A stretch of 63,986 nucleotides of DNA, filler included, from Octopus bimaculoides (taxonomy: Eukaryota), in NCBI RefSeq assembly GCF_001194135.2. It is 6 parts of 5 records of this genome, joined end to end, with 100 filler letters (N's around TTAATTAATTAA, not from the genome) between each part and the next. Parts side by side here need not be neighbours in the genome. Positions count along the whole stretch, not along the records: positions 61,616 to 63,986 come from NC_069002.1; 5 more parts are not named here. One strand, given 5' to 3'. The translations under genes were made by a program, and so were the position numbers. This document shows, piece after piece, positions 62,353-63,986 of this stretch (the first letter of the stretch is position 1; each line of letters starts with the position of its first letter). The notes under the pieces are model-generated. The model saw nothing but the letters and a program-made list of their open reading frames with translations, was not told where the DNA came from and made no database searches.

Positions 62353-62573
62353 CGCCAAGCCAACATGGCAGTCCAAAAATTAGGACGAATGCTGCCGTGA
62401 ATTAGCTCCAAGAGGCCATCACCTCTAGCTAGCTATGTGACACACGAAACCTTCGAAGGTTATAAAGGACACAGGTTTCGTGTGTCACATAGCTAGCTAG
62501 AGGTGATGGCCTCTTGGAGCTAATTCACGGCAGCATTCGTCCTAATTTTGGGACTGCCATGTTGGCTTGGCGG
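62353..62573. mobile_element. Foldback MITE-like element with 100-bp inverted arms
   Basis: 62353-62452 is the reverse complement of 62473-62572 with one mismatch; 20-nt loop; right end followed by TA; left end lost in a gap. Confidence 0.8.
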
Positions 62574-63787
62574 TAACTATTTATATATATATATATGCAC
62601 ACATCTGTATGTATGTATGTATGGATGGATAGATGGATGGATGGATGTAGATACACACATACACACGCATGCACACACACATATATATTATAATAATAAC
62701 AATGATCCTTGGATAGAGTTTATAAACATTTAATGCATCACTCCGCACGTTTTCATAAGTCACATGATACTTAAGATCACAGTCCATATTTCTAGTATGA
62801 TTACAGTGTAGTCTGCAGTATCCGTGGCCATTCGGTTGATCATCAACATCGATTCATTTGTTCAGGCGATATAAATATTCATCTGTGGTCCATCCTCTAA
62901 TGTCACCCAAAGAAGTGAAAGAATGATGATGAACAACAAGAACCATATGATTTAGAAGCAAACTTCTTGCCACACAGCCGCGCTGTGCCTCCAGCTAATG
63001 AAATTTTGTAATGTATTGCACTAAATAGCTTTTTTACGCTGTAAACGCCCGACTGAAATTGGTGCGTATCCGACAAACATTCATGATCTATGAAATTTTG
63101 GTTTAGCTAGGGAAATAACTCTGTAATATTTATAGATAGAGTCATCTCCCCGAAAAATCATAAATCCTTTGTTTTTTGAATATCCGATTGGAAAGAAAAC
63201 TCGTTACAGTCGTCGAACTGCGTCCATGCTGGGGCACCGGCGTTACGTGCTATTGTAGAACAAATTGATCCCCAGTGCTTGTGCTTTTATATTTTTGTTT
63301 TTCGAAACCTGGTGTGTGTGTGTGTGTGTCTGTGTGTGTGTGTGTGTGTATCTTTGCGTGTGTGGGAGATTAACCATTAACTAGCTCATATATATATATA
63401 GCTACATGGATTGAAGCATTAAAAGTGTAAACGAAATTTCTTATTTCTTTTATTCCTTAAAAAACAAAGTCTTGGTCTATCTTCGTAATTTTCTTGATAA
63501 CTACGTATTTTGTTGATCTTATCGATTTAAACAACTCGGATCCGAGGACGTCGATAAGAAGATTTGTATACGAAAACTAGTTAAATGTAAGGAACTGTTA
63601 TTTCCTCTTCAATTTTGTTTATTAAAACGATGTTTTTAAAGTATAAATGACACCATAGATTACAAGAACACCAATGGCCTCCCTTGACACCAATTATCTA
63701 GTTATTTCCCTTGAACTTAAGTTCAAAGGGAAATAATATACTTTTTGCGTGTGTATTGTGTGTATCCAGTTTCAATATCTAGACTTC

Positions 63788-63986
63788 GTAAGGCGGCGAG
63801 CTGGCGGAATTGTTAGCACGCCGAGCACAATGCTTAGCGGTATTTCGTCGGTCTTTACGTTCTGAGTTCAAATACCGCCGACGTCGACTTTGCCTTTCAT
63901 CCTTTCGGAGTCGATAAATTAAGTACCAGTTGTGTACTGAGGTCGATCTAATCGAATGCCCCCCTCCCTCCTCAAAAAAAACCCCT
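63788..63986 (+). mobile_element. SINE family A (runs off the window end)
   Basis: Matches 5267-5455. Confidence 0.9.

Noticed and set aside
63490-63590. CTTATCGA/TCGATAAG hairpin followed by GAAAACTAGTTA (palindromic helix III-like)
   Set aside because: No recognisable CUGANGA box; cannot be called a ribozyme.

Overview
AT-rich, microsatellite-dense animal genomic DNA from a gapped draft assembly. The SINE/RTE/Penelope repeat landscape looks like an Octopus genome (inference; no database check). Almost all long ORFs in the supplied track are artefacts of simple repeats or N runs, or are decayed retrotransposon frames. The only host coding sequence I can support is a 46-nt + strand exon (55105-55150, IFSQKRSAIEKEYAQ) from the F-BAR domain of FCHSD2/nervous wreck, so much of the window is probably intronic or upstream sequence of that gene. 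The rest is nested, mostly dead mobile DNA: many RTE LINE pieces, two CR1-type RT fragments, a full-length maT-like Tc1/mariner, a Charlie-type hAT, nested non-autonomous Helitrons carrying (TAACCC)n tracts, two solo LTRs with unusual TG...TA ends and 3' hairpins, MITEs, tRNA-derived SINEs and Penelope-like remnants. The most notable unannotated signal is a set of hammerhead-ribozyme motifs of the Penelope/retrozyme type. One (58151-58311) has a fully intact catalytic core and lies on the sense strand about 3 kb downstream of the FCHSD2 exon. Several inverted-repeat pairs around that exon could form dsRNA. Five 100-bp N44-TTAATTAATTAA-N44 spacers are artificial contig joins. Coordinates were counted by hand and element boundaries are approximate unless TSDs or TIRs are given.
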